DNA of 64,000 nucleotides from Chrysomallon squamiferum (taxonomy: Eukaryota; Animalia; Mollusca), in the NCBI GenBank assembly GCA_012295275.1, contig CM022670.1:35898001-35962000 (forward strand), given 5' to 3'. Below are positions 41,960 to 54,830 of this stretch, piece after piece (within the stretch, counting starts at the first letter, position 1; the number at the start of each line of letters is the position of its first letter). The translations under genes were made by a program, and so were the position numbers. The notes beneath the pieces are model-generated. The model was not told where the DNA came from. It worked only from the letters and a program-made list of their open reading frames with translations, and did no database searches.

Positions 41960-43418
41960 ATGAAACAACTGCATTTTAAAAATATTAATTAGCAGCAGTC
42001 AATATAAATGAATAAATCACTGGTTGGTTAATGACACCTCAACATATTTTATTAATAACTCATACGTCATCTTAATTCTATCATGATCACATACGAAGAA
42101 TCATTTGCTGAAAATAACTCCATGAAATAGTTTTAAAACTAACAGCAATGAATTTTATTTCAGTACAGCATCTTTCAATAAAAAAGCGAACTTAAATCAT
42201 GGTCTTTGATCCACCAGTTATAGAACACTTGATGAGTGAAAAATAATAATTTTTTTTTAAATAACTAAACGGTTGATGGACCATGACACAGAATGTATTA
42301 ACGTTATTTGAACACTCTTGAATCTCTCAATTTTCTGCTACCTAGTATTACTGCTCTTCATCTAACAATACTCACCAGCGTTAAGCAGCATGGTGACAAT
42401 GTCTGTGAACCCATTCTGACAAGCCAAATAGAGTGGGGTGACGCTGTATTCATCGACGACGTTCACCTTGCTGCCGTGTCTCAGTAACAACGTCACCACC
42501 TCTGACATGCCTGTACTGCATGCTCTGTGAAGTTCTCGTTGTCTGCACAAACAGTGGAAAACGTAACATTTATCTATCTTTTAGAAAGAGTCTTGATCCT
42601 TTACAATGTATGAATGAGAACTGTATTTCGAGAATTACTGAGCAGACGATACACAGGCTGACAGACACGCACGCACGCACACACACATACACACACACTC
42701 ATTCTGATAATCATTCTCTATACTTTTCAATAAGAAATTTGACTTGATACGAAATCATGACGAGTAATCTAGCTTCGGGGCCAAAACGATTGGTCTTCCC
42801 TAAGTAAAAATATTTTTTTTATTATTTTTTATTATTATTATTATTTATTCCTCCTTCCGAATAACATTACATTGCACGTTTAAAATGTTCTCTATTATTA
42901 AATATATAAAATATTAACGCACAAGACAGTTTAAAGAACAACAATAGCATAAAGAAAGTATGATGCTTTTGTTGTTCACAGATATAACGTCAGAAACATA
43001 ACTGTTTTTTCAGGAAATGGTTTCTGAACATTGAACATTTGAATATTCTGACTTAACATTAACATTATTTTTTTTATTAATATTACGGAAAGAATTCTTT
43101 AATTTACATAGGCAAAAAGACAAATTTTGACGTACTTATTTTTCTGCTGTTTACATTCTCCGCTGAGTTTGATTTCTGGCCGTGAAAGAAGAAGTTCAAC
43201 CAGAGCTGGGTTTCTGTTGTCAATAGCAACAAAAATCGGGGTGCGGTTTTCTTGATCGACTGCATTTACGTCACAGCCATGATCCAAAAGATACTGTGTA
43301 ATCGCCATGTTTCCCAGCCTGCATGCAAAGTGAATGGGGTACTCTATAAAAAAAAAAAAAAAAAAAAAAAATAATAATAATAATCATTTATTTAAATCAT
43401 TATAAGGCATACATTATT

Positions 43419-43472
<54 letters not shown>

Positions 43473-44232
43473 TAATAAAAGCAATAATAGCTATAATAAT
43501 AATTCTCCATAACTGTATCATTTGTAAATTTAAGCTGAGTCAATTACAATACAATTATAAATGGTTTTTTAATTACCAATCTGACTGTAGTCATTTCCAA
43601 TACAACCGAGGTTTACGTCTGCTCCGCCAGATATCAACAATTTCATAATATCACAGTTTCGTTGTTTGATGGAGTAATAAAGGGCAGACACGGAAACAGG
43701 TCCATTAACATCATCAAAGTTTATCATGGCATTTGCCTGAAAATAAAACGAACAGACGTTCTTTTCAGTTTCTCAAGGAATGTTTAACCTACGTTTCTCC
43801 ACTCATTCATAATTTATGTTCGGGTGCTTAGAAAACCTAGGCCCCACAGAACACACTGCGAGAAATCCTCATGAATGGTGCAGTTGAAAACGATTATTAC
43901 TATGTTCAATGCAGCTTACATGTCTAACAAAAGTAGCTGTACCGAGCAACCATAGATCCGAGGCCTTATTTGCAAAAATGTTGGCTATACTTCGAGGTTT
44001 GTAAACGTTACTAATAAACATAGCCAAAACAAAGAGGATCTCTTAATGTTAATTTGTATGCTAATAAAAGAAAACAAATCGTAAGACTGTAACCATAATT
44101 AAGTAGACATTTATCCGAACCTTTAAATTAAGTTTTCAAAAAAATATAATATATACATTTGTAATTTTATAACTATAAGTAATTAAATAAAATAGCATGT
44201 GAGCACACACAAACACATAATATCGTTAGGGG

Positions 44233-44329
<97 letters not shown>

Positions 44330-46084
44330 AATTATGGAGCACATACCAGAAAAAGGAAATAAAGACAAAACAACAAACAGAAAAGGTAGAGCTCAACAAA
44401 GTCTTCATGCATCAATTATTTATTAACATGTCGCGAAGACGTTAATCAATAACCATACGTTGCTGTCGTCACGACTACCAGTTTGTATAGACGGCGTTGT
44501 CTACCAAGCGTCTGTCTGTTCATCCTTGACGGTGATTTGAATGCAAATTATTTATCGTGGATTTCATCATGGTTGACGGCGTATCACTATTTCAGCTCGA
44601 TATACGTTATAATATGAATTACTCTTATATGTCATAGCTACATTTACACGGGTTCTTTGTTGAGTTTATACACAAACTAAACTATTTTTCAACTTATCTC
44701 TAAAATTAACGAATATTCAGCGACGCCGATACAATTTAACTAAATCGGATTCTTTAAAAACTGAAAAAGGAATTATCGGTTGTTTTGGTTCTGAATTTAA
44801 TATATTCATACACACGCATATATATTAACACAGAGTGAGAACAACAGAGAGAGACTGAGAAAGATTATATAAAAGTATGATCCGTCTAAAATACTTACCT
44901 GTTTTGCTATACAAAGAAATAAATAAATTAAAAAAATTAAAATATAATAACAATAATAATAAAAATAAATTTTTCTTCAGGTTTTGCTGTTTAAACCTGC
45001 GTGATAGAAAGAAAGCTACCAACTGATTCTATTTGTCAGAATCACATTTGTGATTTACTGATCTGCTCAGCATTATTCCTAGCCTATTGTTATTCTGGCT
45101 GTCGTCTGTATGACATTAATGGCGACCTCTTAATTTGGTTTGTTTGCCAACAAACTGGAAACATTCAGACAGAAACGGTGAAAATGGTCTAAGTTTGTTG
45201 TTATTTCTGAACACACACACACACACACAAAACCATTTTCAAAAACCGGTGCACTGTATACTACCAAAACACTGGCTATTATTCAAACTATTATAAACTC
45301 CAATAATGAGGTACAGACTTTTATGCTGTTAGATTGCCAGCATTTATATATAATAATCAGGCATAACTGTTCACACATTACTTAAACATTATTATATGTA
45401 ATTGGTAACACTGTATTTAGAGACAAAGCAAAATGCTGATATGATTAATTATTGAATCGACATTTCACCGCAGTCAGAACACAGCAGAACAAGCTGATAA
45501 TAAGATATAAAGTATACTTTGTATTCACAGTAACCTCATAATCAACGCACAGAAGTTAAATACATCTGCATGTTCTGGACGATTCTTGTATAAGGTTCGG
45601 CCAGAAATAACGATTATTTATTCAGAAAAAGGTGGAACAGTTTCGCAATGTTTAAGCTTCGTATTCATTGTTATAACTTTAGAATGACATATTCTGTTCG
45701 AGAAGAAATATTTATATCATTAACGGGAGTAAGCCTACAAATGTTTATAGGTTTAGAGTTCTGAGTCGGCAAAAGTTTAAGGAAAATCCGTAAAGTTACG
45801 GAATTTTATAGTTTACTATTTATACAAGACCATAATTAATGTGGAATTATATAGAAAAGTGTAAAGTTTAACATTAAATTACAACAGTAAGTAAACGAAA
45901 ACAAACTGTTACAGCAAACTGCTTTTGACACTCTTTGATCTCATGCATCTGTTAGGTGAATCAAGGAAATAAAGAACAGTCTTTATACCAATTCACTGAA
46001 TTTGAATACTATTTGTCACAAAGGGAAATAGTCCAAAGGACTAAAATCAATCATGTTTTAGACGAACTTCTTAAATTATGCTAT

Positions 46085-46156
<72 letters not shown>

Positions 46157-48728
46157 AATTATGAATAAAATATTCAATAAGCAACTAGTACGAAAAATTA
46201 TTGAAATTACTGCAAGGCAAAAAGTTCAGTTATTGCAGGTAAAATGATATAAACAATTATCACAGTTAATGTGTATTTAGCTAATAAGTAAATGACTAAT
46301 ATTAATATCAACATAAAAAACCCTTTATGGCGTTTTTATTTGCTGAAAAACATAAATAATATAATACTTACTTTTATCTCCTCTTTAGTACTGCTTCGTT
46401 TTTACTTTTAAGAAAATCAGGACAAACATCTGTTTTCTGAGCTAATTAGATCCCCGTAATGGTTCGATTAGTTCACACTTTTTTATTGTCAATTTGGAAT
46501 GCACATATCCTATTACGTTCTATTAAATTACCCTCTTCATTTCAAGGAAAATCTTTAGATTCGGTCTGTGTTGCTTTCAGAAATTTAAAACAGGATGAAA
46601 GACGTAGAAAGAAACTAAAAAAAAATAATAATAATAATAAAAATAAAAATGGAAGGAAAATTTTCATCATTGTTATTAGCCAAATGTAGAACCACATACA
46701 AACCAAGTTAAGTTCAGAACAGACGGAGGCAGTTTCCTCTCCTATTGCCATTTGGAATCATTTAAAAAAAGTGAAAAAAAAAAGTTTTCTCCATCACTGC
46801 CCACCTTTGTGAAAAATATTTTTACAATGGCTATAATGAAACTGATGCAAGTGAAGAAATATGATTATCTGTATTTTATATCAGAAATCGCATGTTTATT
46901 TCGTAACTAAATAAGCAGTAATGAAATATCATTTTCAGTTTACAAGAACTGCATAAGCTGATGTGTTTTTGATGAATGTATGGATGAATGAATGAATAAG
47001 TGTTTAATGGTAACTCAACAGATTTTAAAATCCAGGGTTGTTAGGTATCAAATGTAGTTTGTATATAATAATAATAATAAGAAAGAGAAAATCCTCTACC
47101 GCTGTTTTTTTCTGTACCTACAATGGGGTCTTATTTATGTTTGATATTACTACTACTACTACTACTACCAATATTATTACTATTATTATTATTGTTGTTA
47201 TCATCATCATCATTATTATTGCTATTGTTGTTATTATCATTATCATTACTACAACGACTGCTGTTATTATTATTACTATACCACTAATAATAATAAAACC
47301 TCACATTCACACTCACCAATTAAACACGCACTCACACAGTTTTACATTTTCAGTCTCACACACACAAATTTACTTTGACTTGTTATCGCACTGACTAACA
47401 CTTTCTCACACTCAAGTCTCTCACTCGTTATTCCTTACTCGTTCTCACTTTCACCAACACTCATTCCGTCTCACTCGCTCACGCATTCTCTCACTCTCAT
47501 TGGTATGTACAAATATTTATCATTATCTACATCAAACGCTGATTGGCGCAGCACGCATTTTGCCATCTGCATAAAATAAAAGAAATATTTTTAGTAACCC
47601 CGTACAGACCTCTGGTTCCTACACACGAACGGGAGGGAAACTACTAACAATAACACGAAGCTGGCGCTCCAAGGTCAACGAAATGTCAGAAAAGGCCATA
47701 ACACTAATGAACGTGCATTCCGTGCTGTTCCGTTTCTCACATGTAAAAACAACAATATAGGTTACGGTCGCGTAATGATCCGCCATCTATTCGTTACTCT
47801 AAAGTTCAGACAATTATATTTTTTCACTATGTTCTTGCTCCAGTGATGGATCATACGTACACTTGGTGCATATAAATATGACACAAGCCAAATATGTACA
47901 TAACACGGTAAAAGGAAGATAGACAAATGAAATACCCGTAACATTTACAACCCTAATCTCATGATATATTATAGCGGACACTAGTTGAAGAAACGTGTCG
48001 ATAAAATCATATAACTGGTAAATTAATAATATTTATAATAATAATTATAAACAATTCTGCTTTATCTATATCCTGAGAAGGTGGAGGATGTAGTAATTAT
48101 ATCGTTCATTCTCTTCAGATTTTTGTTGTTCTTGTTGTTGCTTTGTTTGCCAGGAATGTGTAAAATCATTTACTTACATGTTGAAGGCACAGTCCAATAA
48201 CCATTCAGTAAACAAACAATTACAACACCGTGGGTTTACACAAACAAAAGAGTAAGACTTACAAAACGCCATTCATAGCGTGTCCTGTCGTTGTTTCTCG
48301 TTCACTACAAAGACAGTGGATCGCTGGATCTTTTCTGCGAACGTACCACCTGTTAGACTGTTAAAGCACGGAAATATAGAGCAGTTTTTGTATTGGTAAG
48401 AACGACTAGTTTATCTAATTATAATACATGACCACGAATATACAACGCTAAGGCCTACGTGAGTTTGAAGTCTTTGTTGAAGTCTTTGTTGAAGTCTTTG
48501 TATCTATGGACACGTTCCCTGTCCAAGGCATGCTTCCTTGAACATTCATGCAATTAAAAATATTAAAATGTTTATTCAAGATTTCTCTTGAACATTTTCA
48601 TTAAAATTAAAAAATTTTGTTTTGGGGGTTAAAATTATTTATTTATTTTTTATTTATAGTTATTTTGTTTTATTTTTTAAGTTTAGTTTATTATTATTTT
48701 TTGTTTATGTGTTTTTCTTTTTTCTAAA

Positions 48729-48774
<46 letters not shown>

Positions 48775-49622
48775 CAAGCAATAAACACACACAAACTGTC
48801 GTAGCCATAGAAATGAATTTAATAATTTATGAGTTTGTAGGCGTCCAAATATAAAGCGATCACTGAGCTGTGAAATGAATTTATTTCAAAATTATGAGAA
48901 AAAACAACAAAAAACAGAAAGAAATTACATTAGACACATACACGTTCAATAATATTAAATGAATAGCATAATGCAAAACAACGTTAGACTCGAATACTCA
49001 TCAAGCAGTATCTTTATGTCCGGTCACGTCTTTCGTGACTCGCCATCGTTGTGATAAGTTTGTTAAGTAACGCTTTAATGAACAACGAATAATAACATAA
49101 TTTTGTAACGCATTTGTGATATCTTTTAAAACAAAAATATAGGACTTATGTCATTATTTATTAAAATATCATGAGAAAGACTGCAACCTAATGACCCTGC
49201 CTTTTTTTTTTTTTTAAACTTTGTCATATGTTTAGTGAACTTGTATACACTTTATCATTGTCATCTAAAATGTTCAGATCATGTTTTATTTTCATATTTC
49301 ATCTATGTATAATATTATATTCGCTGAAAGCGAAAAATCTAAATGCCGTGTCTACACTAATAATAAAATAATATTTTTTTTTTTTTTTAAAAAAGAAGAA
49401 AAAGTTTAATACAGTAATTAAAAGTAGAAACAAGATTTTCATTTGAAAAAGAAAAGGTCCGTTTTAATCTGGCTATGTCTAATTTCAGTATTATTGATAC
49501 AGTAAGCGGGCAACAATTTGAAATTTCTTTTCTCAAACACGTTCTAGATACGCAATATTCTGCGAAAATTAAATTAACCGTCTACAAGCACCAACCTAGA
49601 CATCGTTTTCTTTTTCTTCTTT

Positions 49623-49668
<46 letters not shown>

Positions 49669-49710
49669 TTATTTCCCTTTTCTTTCATACTCATTTTTTT
49701 TTTTTTTTAA

Positions 49711-49773
<63 letters not shown>

Positions 49774-50126
49774 GTTATTATTATTATTTTTATTATTATT
49801 ATTATTAATCTTTTTTTAAAGAAAAACCCCGCTTGTTACGTTAAGTCTCTTAGCACTTATTGAAAATAATTTTTAGGTTCACAGAATATGTAGAACAGCT
49901 GCCTTTCATAAATAACTGATAAGCAGTCGGTTTGAAATGTCTCTTTCAAAGATATAGGTTATCCTGTACAACATGCGAGTCTTCAAAATGAAATCCCAAT
50001 ATTGATTTATCTAACAAAGAACCCAGTAGCTAACATGTAGTCACTTTGCGTTTGATATATATATATATTTTTTTTTTTACTTTATTTTATTTATTTTTTA
50101 TTTTTAAATTTATTTATTTATTTATT

Positions 50127-50167
<41 letters not shown>

Positions 50168-52701
50168 GTTAACTGAATAGAAAAATTGTATGTACAAAAT
50201 AAACACTTAAACAGACAGACAAATACCCATTATGCTATGTAAATATAAAAAAAAAAAAAAAAAAAGTAAAAAAAAATAGTTAAATAGTTTAATAGATATT
50301 TGCTCTAAATTAAAAGAGGTTTTTATACATTAAAAGGCTTCTTGAATATCATTTCACCGAGAACAAATTCTAGCAAGAAAAAAAAAAAAAAAAAAAAAAA
50401 TCTGTTTTACAAATTCAGATAAAAAATACATTTGTTAGTAAGCATTTCTTTTATTTATTTATTTTTTATCATTTTTTATTTTTATTTTTTTTAAATTATT
50501 TTATTATTATTTTTTATTTATTCTTTTTATTTATTTTATTATTTTTTTTTAACACTTTAATTAACAGAAGTGTAAAGTGTACACGAATGAAAACCATTAG
50601 TTGTGATAAAACTAACGTGAATAATTAATGCTTGTCCCCTTTCCATTCCAGAGCATTATAGAAAAATGACGCTTTCTTAGATTCCGTTTTAAAAATTATT
50701 ATTTTCAAACAGTTATTTCTGACTCATAAAGGGCTTCTAAAATGTCCTTTCACCTCACTCCAGTCATTAATTTATCTACCATCGTCGTAAAATATGTTTT
50801 GGCACCATAAGCATAGGACACATTTTGTTTGTTTGGTCGGTTAGATCATTTATGCTTAAAAGCAACAAACAGACTGCGATTACACAAGATACCTGTCAGG
50901 TTCTGACAAGATATCGTCATGCGATATTTACAATACCAAACATTTTGTTACGTGTTATAAAAAGTAACTGAAAATCTATTAATATTCATTGGTTTAATGT
51001 TGTGGGGTTTTTTGTGGGGTTTTTTTTTTTTTTTTGTGTTCTTTAAAATATGTTCTGTATTCTCCAGCTAAACCTAAATGGAATTTTATCTCCCACGTTA
51101 GGTTCACAAAGTAACAAAAGTGGAAGAAACGTGTACCCCAATAAATGACGTGAGATTTAGGTCTATCAATACTCTCCACGTCAGACTTAGGTCTATCAAT
51201 ACTCTCCACGTCAGACTTAGGTCTATCAATACTCTCCACGTGAGACTTAGGTCTATCAATACTCTACACGTGAGACTTAGGTATATTAATACTCTACACG
51301 TGAGACTTAGGTCTACCAATACTCTACACGTGAGACTTAGGTCTATCAATACTCTCCACGTGAGACTTAGGTATATCAATACTCTCCACGTGAGACTTAG
51401 GTCTACCAATACTCTCCACGTGAGACTTACCTCAACCAATACTCTCCACGTGAGACTTACGTATATTAATACTCTCCACGTGAGACTTAGTTCTACCAAT
51501 ACTCTCCACGTGAGACTTAGGTCTACCAATACTCTCCACGTGAGACTTAGGTCTACCAATACTCTCCACGTGAGACTTAGGTCTATCAGTACTCTCCACG
51601 TGAGACTTAGGTCTATCAATACTCTACACGTGAGACTTAGGTATATCAATACTCTCCACGTGAGACTTAGGTCAGACTTAGGTCAAACTCTCCCGTGAGA
51701 CTTAGGTCTATCAGTACTCTCCACGTGAGACTTAGGTCTATCAATACTCTACACGTGAGACTTACCTATATCAATACTCTCCACGTGAGACTTAGGTCTA
51801 CCAATACTCTCCACGTGAGACTTAGGTCTATCAGTACTCTCCACGTGAGACTTAGGTCTATCAATACTCTCCACGTGAGACTTGGGTATATCAACACTCT
51901 CAACGTGAGACTTAGGTCTATCAATACTCTTCACGTGAGACTTAGGTCTACCAATACTCTTCACGTGAGACTTAGGTCTATCAATACTCTTCACGTGAGA
52001 CTTAGGTCTACCAATACTCTCCACGTGAGACTTAGGTCTACCAATACTCTCCACGTGAGACTTAGGTATATCAACACTCTCAACGTGAGACTTACGTATA
52101 TCAATACTCTCCACGCGAGACTTAAGTCTATCAATACTCAGTACTTAGATGTATCAGTACTCCCCATGAGATTATCACTAGCAATCATAATTATTTAGAA
52201 ACTACTAGTATCAACAGTGTCACCTGAAACTAATGATGATCCAGGCTTTCACTTGTAGCTTATTTATACATTTCTTAACACTCCGCTGAACACGGACGTA
52301 TTACTTATATTACACCGCCGAGATATCCGTACGTCAACCCGTATAATATTTCGCTGAGATATAATTGTTTGAATATAAAGCCCACCGCAGTCTGTTAATC
52401 TTTCCTGGTAAAGTCCACATGTACGTACAGTCCCGCTTCAGTGATTAGTGACGACCTTAAATATTGATTGCAAAGATATGTGTTGTATTTCTTCTCAGAA
52501 ACTTAACACCAACAGCAACACGTATTACAACAACAATGATTATTATTATTATTATTATTACTGTTAAATAAAAAACCTTTAAAATTCAAACAAAAAAAGA
52601 CTTACCGATAATCCGCTAGATAACAGCTCTTCAACTGCTCGATGATCTCCTTGCTCAATAGCTGCAGATAATTCCCATGTTCGACTTGTCCCGAGACCCA
52701 T
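41019..52701 (-). CDS. Ankyrin repeat and SOCS box (ASB-like) protein. Coding exons 52701-52606, 43736-43577, 43343-43136, 42542-42376, 41847-41019, with a one-base frame break at ~41697
   Basis: Multiple ankyrin repeats (YPIHFACRLGN, RTPIFVAI, TPLYLACQNG, SPLHVAIKGG, TPLFCAL) and a C-terminal SOCS box (PPSLSRLCRYKIR..IDNLPVPNTLKKFL). Exon phases are consistent. A probable non-coding first exon ends at GAG|GTAAAT near 54563. Confidence 0.88.
42020..42290. mobile_element. Degenerate SINE-like dispersed repeat. Related fragments at ~8311-8365, ~36560-36672 (opposite strand), ~46980-47140 and ~60870-61010 (opposite strand)
   Basis: AATGACACCTCAACATATTTT (~42030) resembles AATGGTAACTCAACAGATTTT (~47006). 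ACCAGTTATAGAACACTTG (~42213) resembles the reverse complement of CCAGTGTCCCTTGACTGGT (~36565). Confidence 0.4.
51148..52140. repeat. 30-bp minisatellite, ~33 units, consensus CACGTGAGACTTAGGTCTATCAATACTCTC
   Basis: Directly visible 30-nt periodicity, with one irregular 35-nt unit at 51661-51695. Lies in the ASB intron 43737-52605. Confidence 0.97.
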
Positions 52702-54075
52702 TTGCAGTCCACCCCTCGCTACCCACAATGACGCCCTGGGTGATGAAACGCATTGACGACTGAGACGCCGTTGTCAGGGTTTATTGATTCGCTTACCTGA
52801 CAGACGAAAACAACACAACAATGAATAAAAAGACGGGACCTTTGAAAACATTTTCCTTTTGTTTGTTTGGCACACTTAACAATTACAAATTTACAAATCC
52901 GCACGAATATCTCTAGGAAGTCGGCGAATGCCGTTAGAGTCATTACTGTTCGCATGTGCGTATTTTAATTGTGTATTCTGATGTACGATTTGCAGATATT
53001 CGAGTGACCGGTGCACATGCCTTTCTTTTGTTTTCAGTTCGTAATGAAAATGCAGCATTGATTTCATCAGTTAAACAAATCCCTTTAGAACATATAAAAT
53101 ATAATATAATATATAAAATGGACATGCACTGCGATAATTCGTTTAAAGTATCAGTCAGGATTTGATTCCTGTTATATTGTACACGTGACCACAGTAATAA
53201 CGAGATAATTTGATAAATCATATTGTTAACTTGACTGATACTCAGAATTATCTTTCTATGGATTAACTTGGAAAGCTGAATTGCATTTAAACAATCCCAC
53301 ACAATGCCATTGTGCTTAAGCGTTCAGTCTCAAGGGATTGCTCAGGTCAGATATCGGTGCTGCTGTGCTCATTCAGGAATAATAAACACACATTATTTCT
53401 GGATATGAACAAGTACTTTGTAGTTTTTTAATTAACATACGAAATAAATTCACGCAGCCATCGTTTTACCCCATGCACAGATTTTTTTTTTTTAGCGAGG
53501 GAGCTACTCTTAAAATGATCTACCTGTATTGAAAAATGCTAAATATATTTATTTAAATAGGTAATGAGTATACTTTATATATATAGAGAGAGAGAGGTAT
53601 ATATTATCGCACCTTGCATCACTGCATGAACCTTTACAGCACAGTACAACTGAATACATTTATGGTGACTACCTTACTCTGATGACTTGCACTGAATGGT
53701 GCACGATCTACCCGCAATCGAACGGTCGAACACCCCTGCTTTAGACAGATAGCTACAATGATAACGTGCTGTCACTTGATTCCAGACATGTTAAAAGACC
53801 GACAGCTGATAAAGTTAATAAAGAGAGCTTTTATTGACATTAAACATAACTTGACAAATAATTATTTATGTACAGCCGTTATTACCAGTTAACTGATGAT
53901 GTTCGATCATGAACGTGTTTGTCGTAGGTTTTAGTAATTGTTATTAATTTTTATTAGAACTATGTACAGATCAGATAATTTCGAACAAAATGTATCAAAT
54001 GTGATCTCTAAATATCATATACATCATCAAACCAATAAAATAATTTTTAAAAAGTCACAGATCTAAGGTTCATAT

Positions 54076-54149
54076 ACTTAATGCTTCATGTTATGATATA
54101 TCATTCTGTTTCAAACTGAACATTTTATAATTAAAATAAAAAGTAAATA
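54076..54149. repeat. Short dispersed duplication, second copy at 56313-56400
   Basis: ACTTAATGCTTCATG(TTAT/ATAC)GATATATCATTCTGTTTCAAA...TATAATTAAAATAAAAAGTAAATA occurs at both sites. Confidence 0.85.
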
Positions 54150-54562
54150 CATAGATACACTCATATATATGAAAAAAGTTACCCAAAGACAGAGAGACAC
54201 AGAGAGGCACAGAGACAGAGAGAACCTTCACCAACAAAAGAATCAAAAGTTAAAATATATACATATACAAAACAAACCAAAAAAACCCCAACAAAACAAC
54301 AACCAACCTTTAAAGTAGTTGCCTAAACCAGCGTCAGGTAAACAACTCCAATTAAACAAAACATAGTTGTTGTTTGTACTTTGTTTTGTTTTGTTTTTAT
54401 CGTGGAAGTAATTTAGCAGTAAAACAGTTTGGAAAATTAAACCTTTTTTGAAGACATTCCTTCGATGACGTCTGAAACTGGTCAGCTCGTACACGCCTAA
54501 TCGCAAAACGAAAACTTTATAAAAAAAACACAAAAAAAAACCCACTCTCAAAAACCATTTAC

Positions 54563-54830
54563 CTCACTGCTAGCCGAGTCAAATAGTTTAACAATGTAAA
54601 AACATGTCCGATCACCGCTAGTCGTTTTCAATATTTCATAATCGACGCACAGAAGTACCGGTTTGTTGAAGTATACATAAACACTAGCGTGGCAAAAACA
54701 AATTTACACTAAACAGGAAATAACGACACGAACCCCTACTTACAAAGGCTACATTGCGAAATAACTAAGCAACAATATATCCCCAATGATATTTTAATGT
54801 CCAGCCCAAATGTCCAATCCATTGGCTTTC
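54563..54830 (-). promoter_or_regulatory. Probable ASB-gene promoter and non-coding first exon
   Basis: CpG-richer island with a minus-strand donor GAG|GTAAAT at 54563/54562. CCAAT/ATTGG boxes at ~54783, ~54814 and ~54821. Confidence 0.4.

Noticed and set aside
44891-44901. U1 snRNA gene (ATACTTACCTG)
   Set aside because: Similarity stops after 11 nt. It is better explained as a minus-strand 5' splice site.
51148-52140. CRISPR-like array, or repeat-protein ORFs (HVRLRSINTL)n and (ESIDRPKSHV)n
   Set aside because: Units are head-to-tail with no unique spacers, there are no cas genes, and the context is a eukaryotic intron. The ORFs arise because the 30-nt unit lacks stops in some frames.
51148-52140. 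TTAGG telomere-type motif in each unit
   Set aside because: Only one pentamer per 30 bp and not tandem, so this is not an interstitial telomere.
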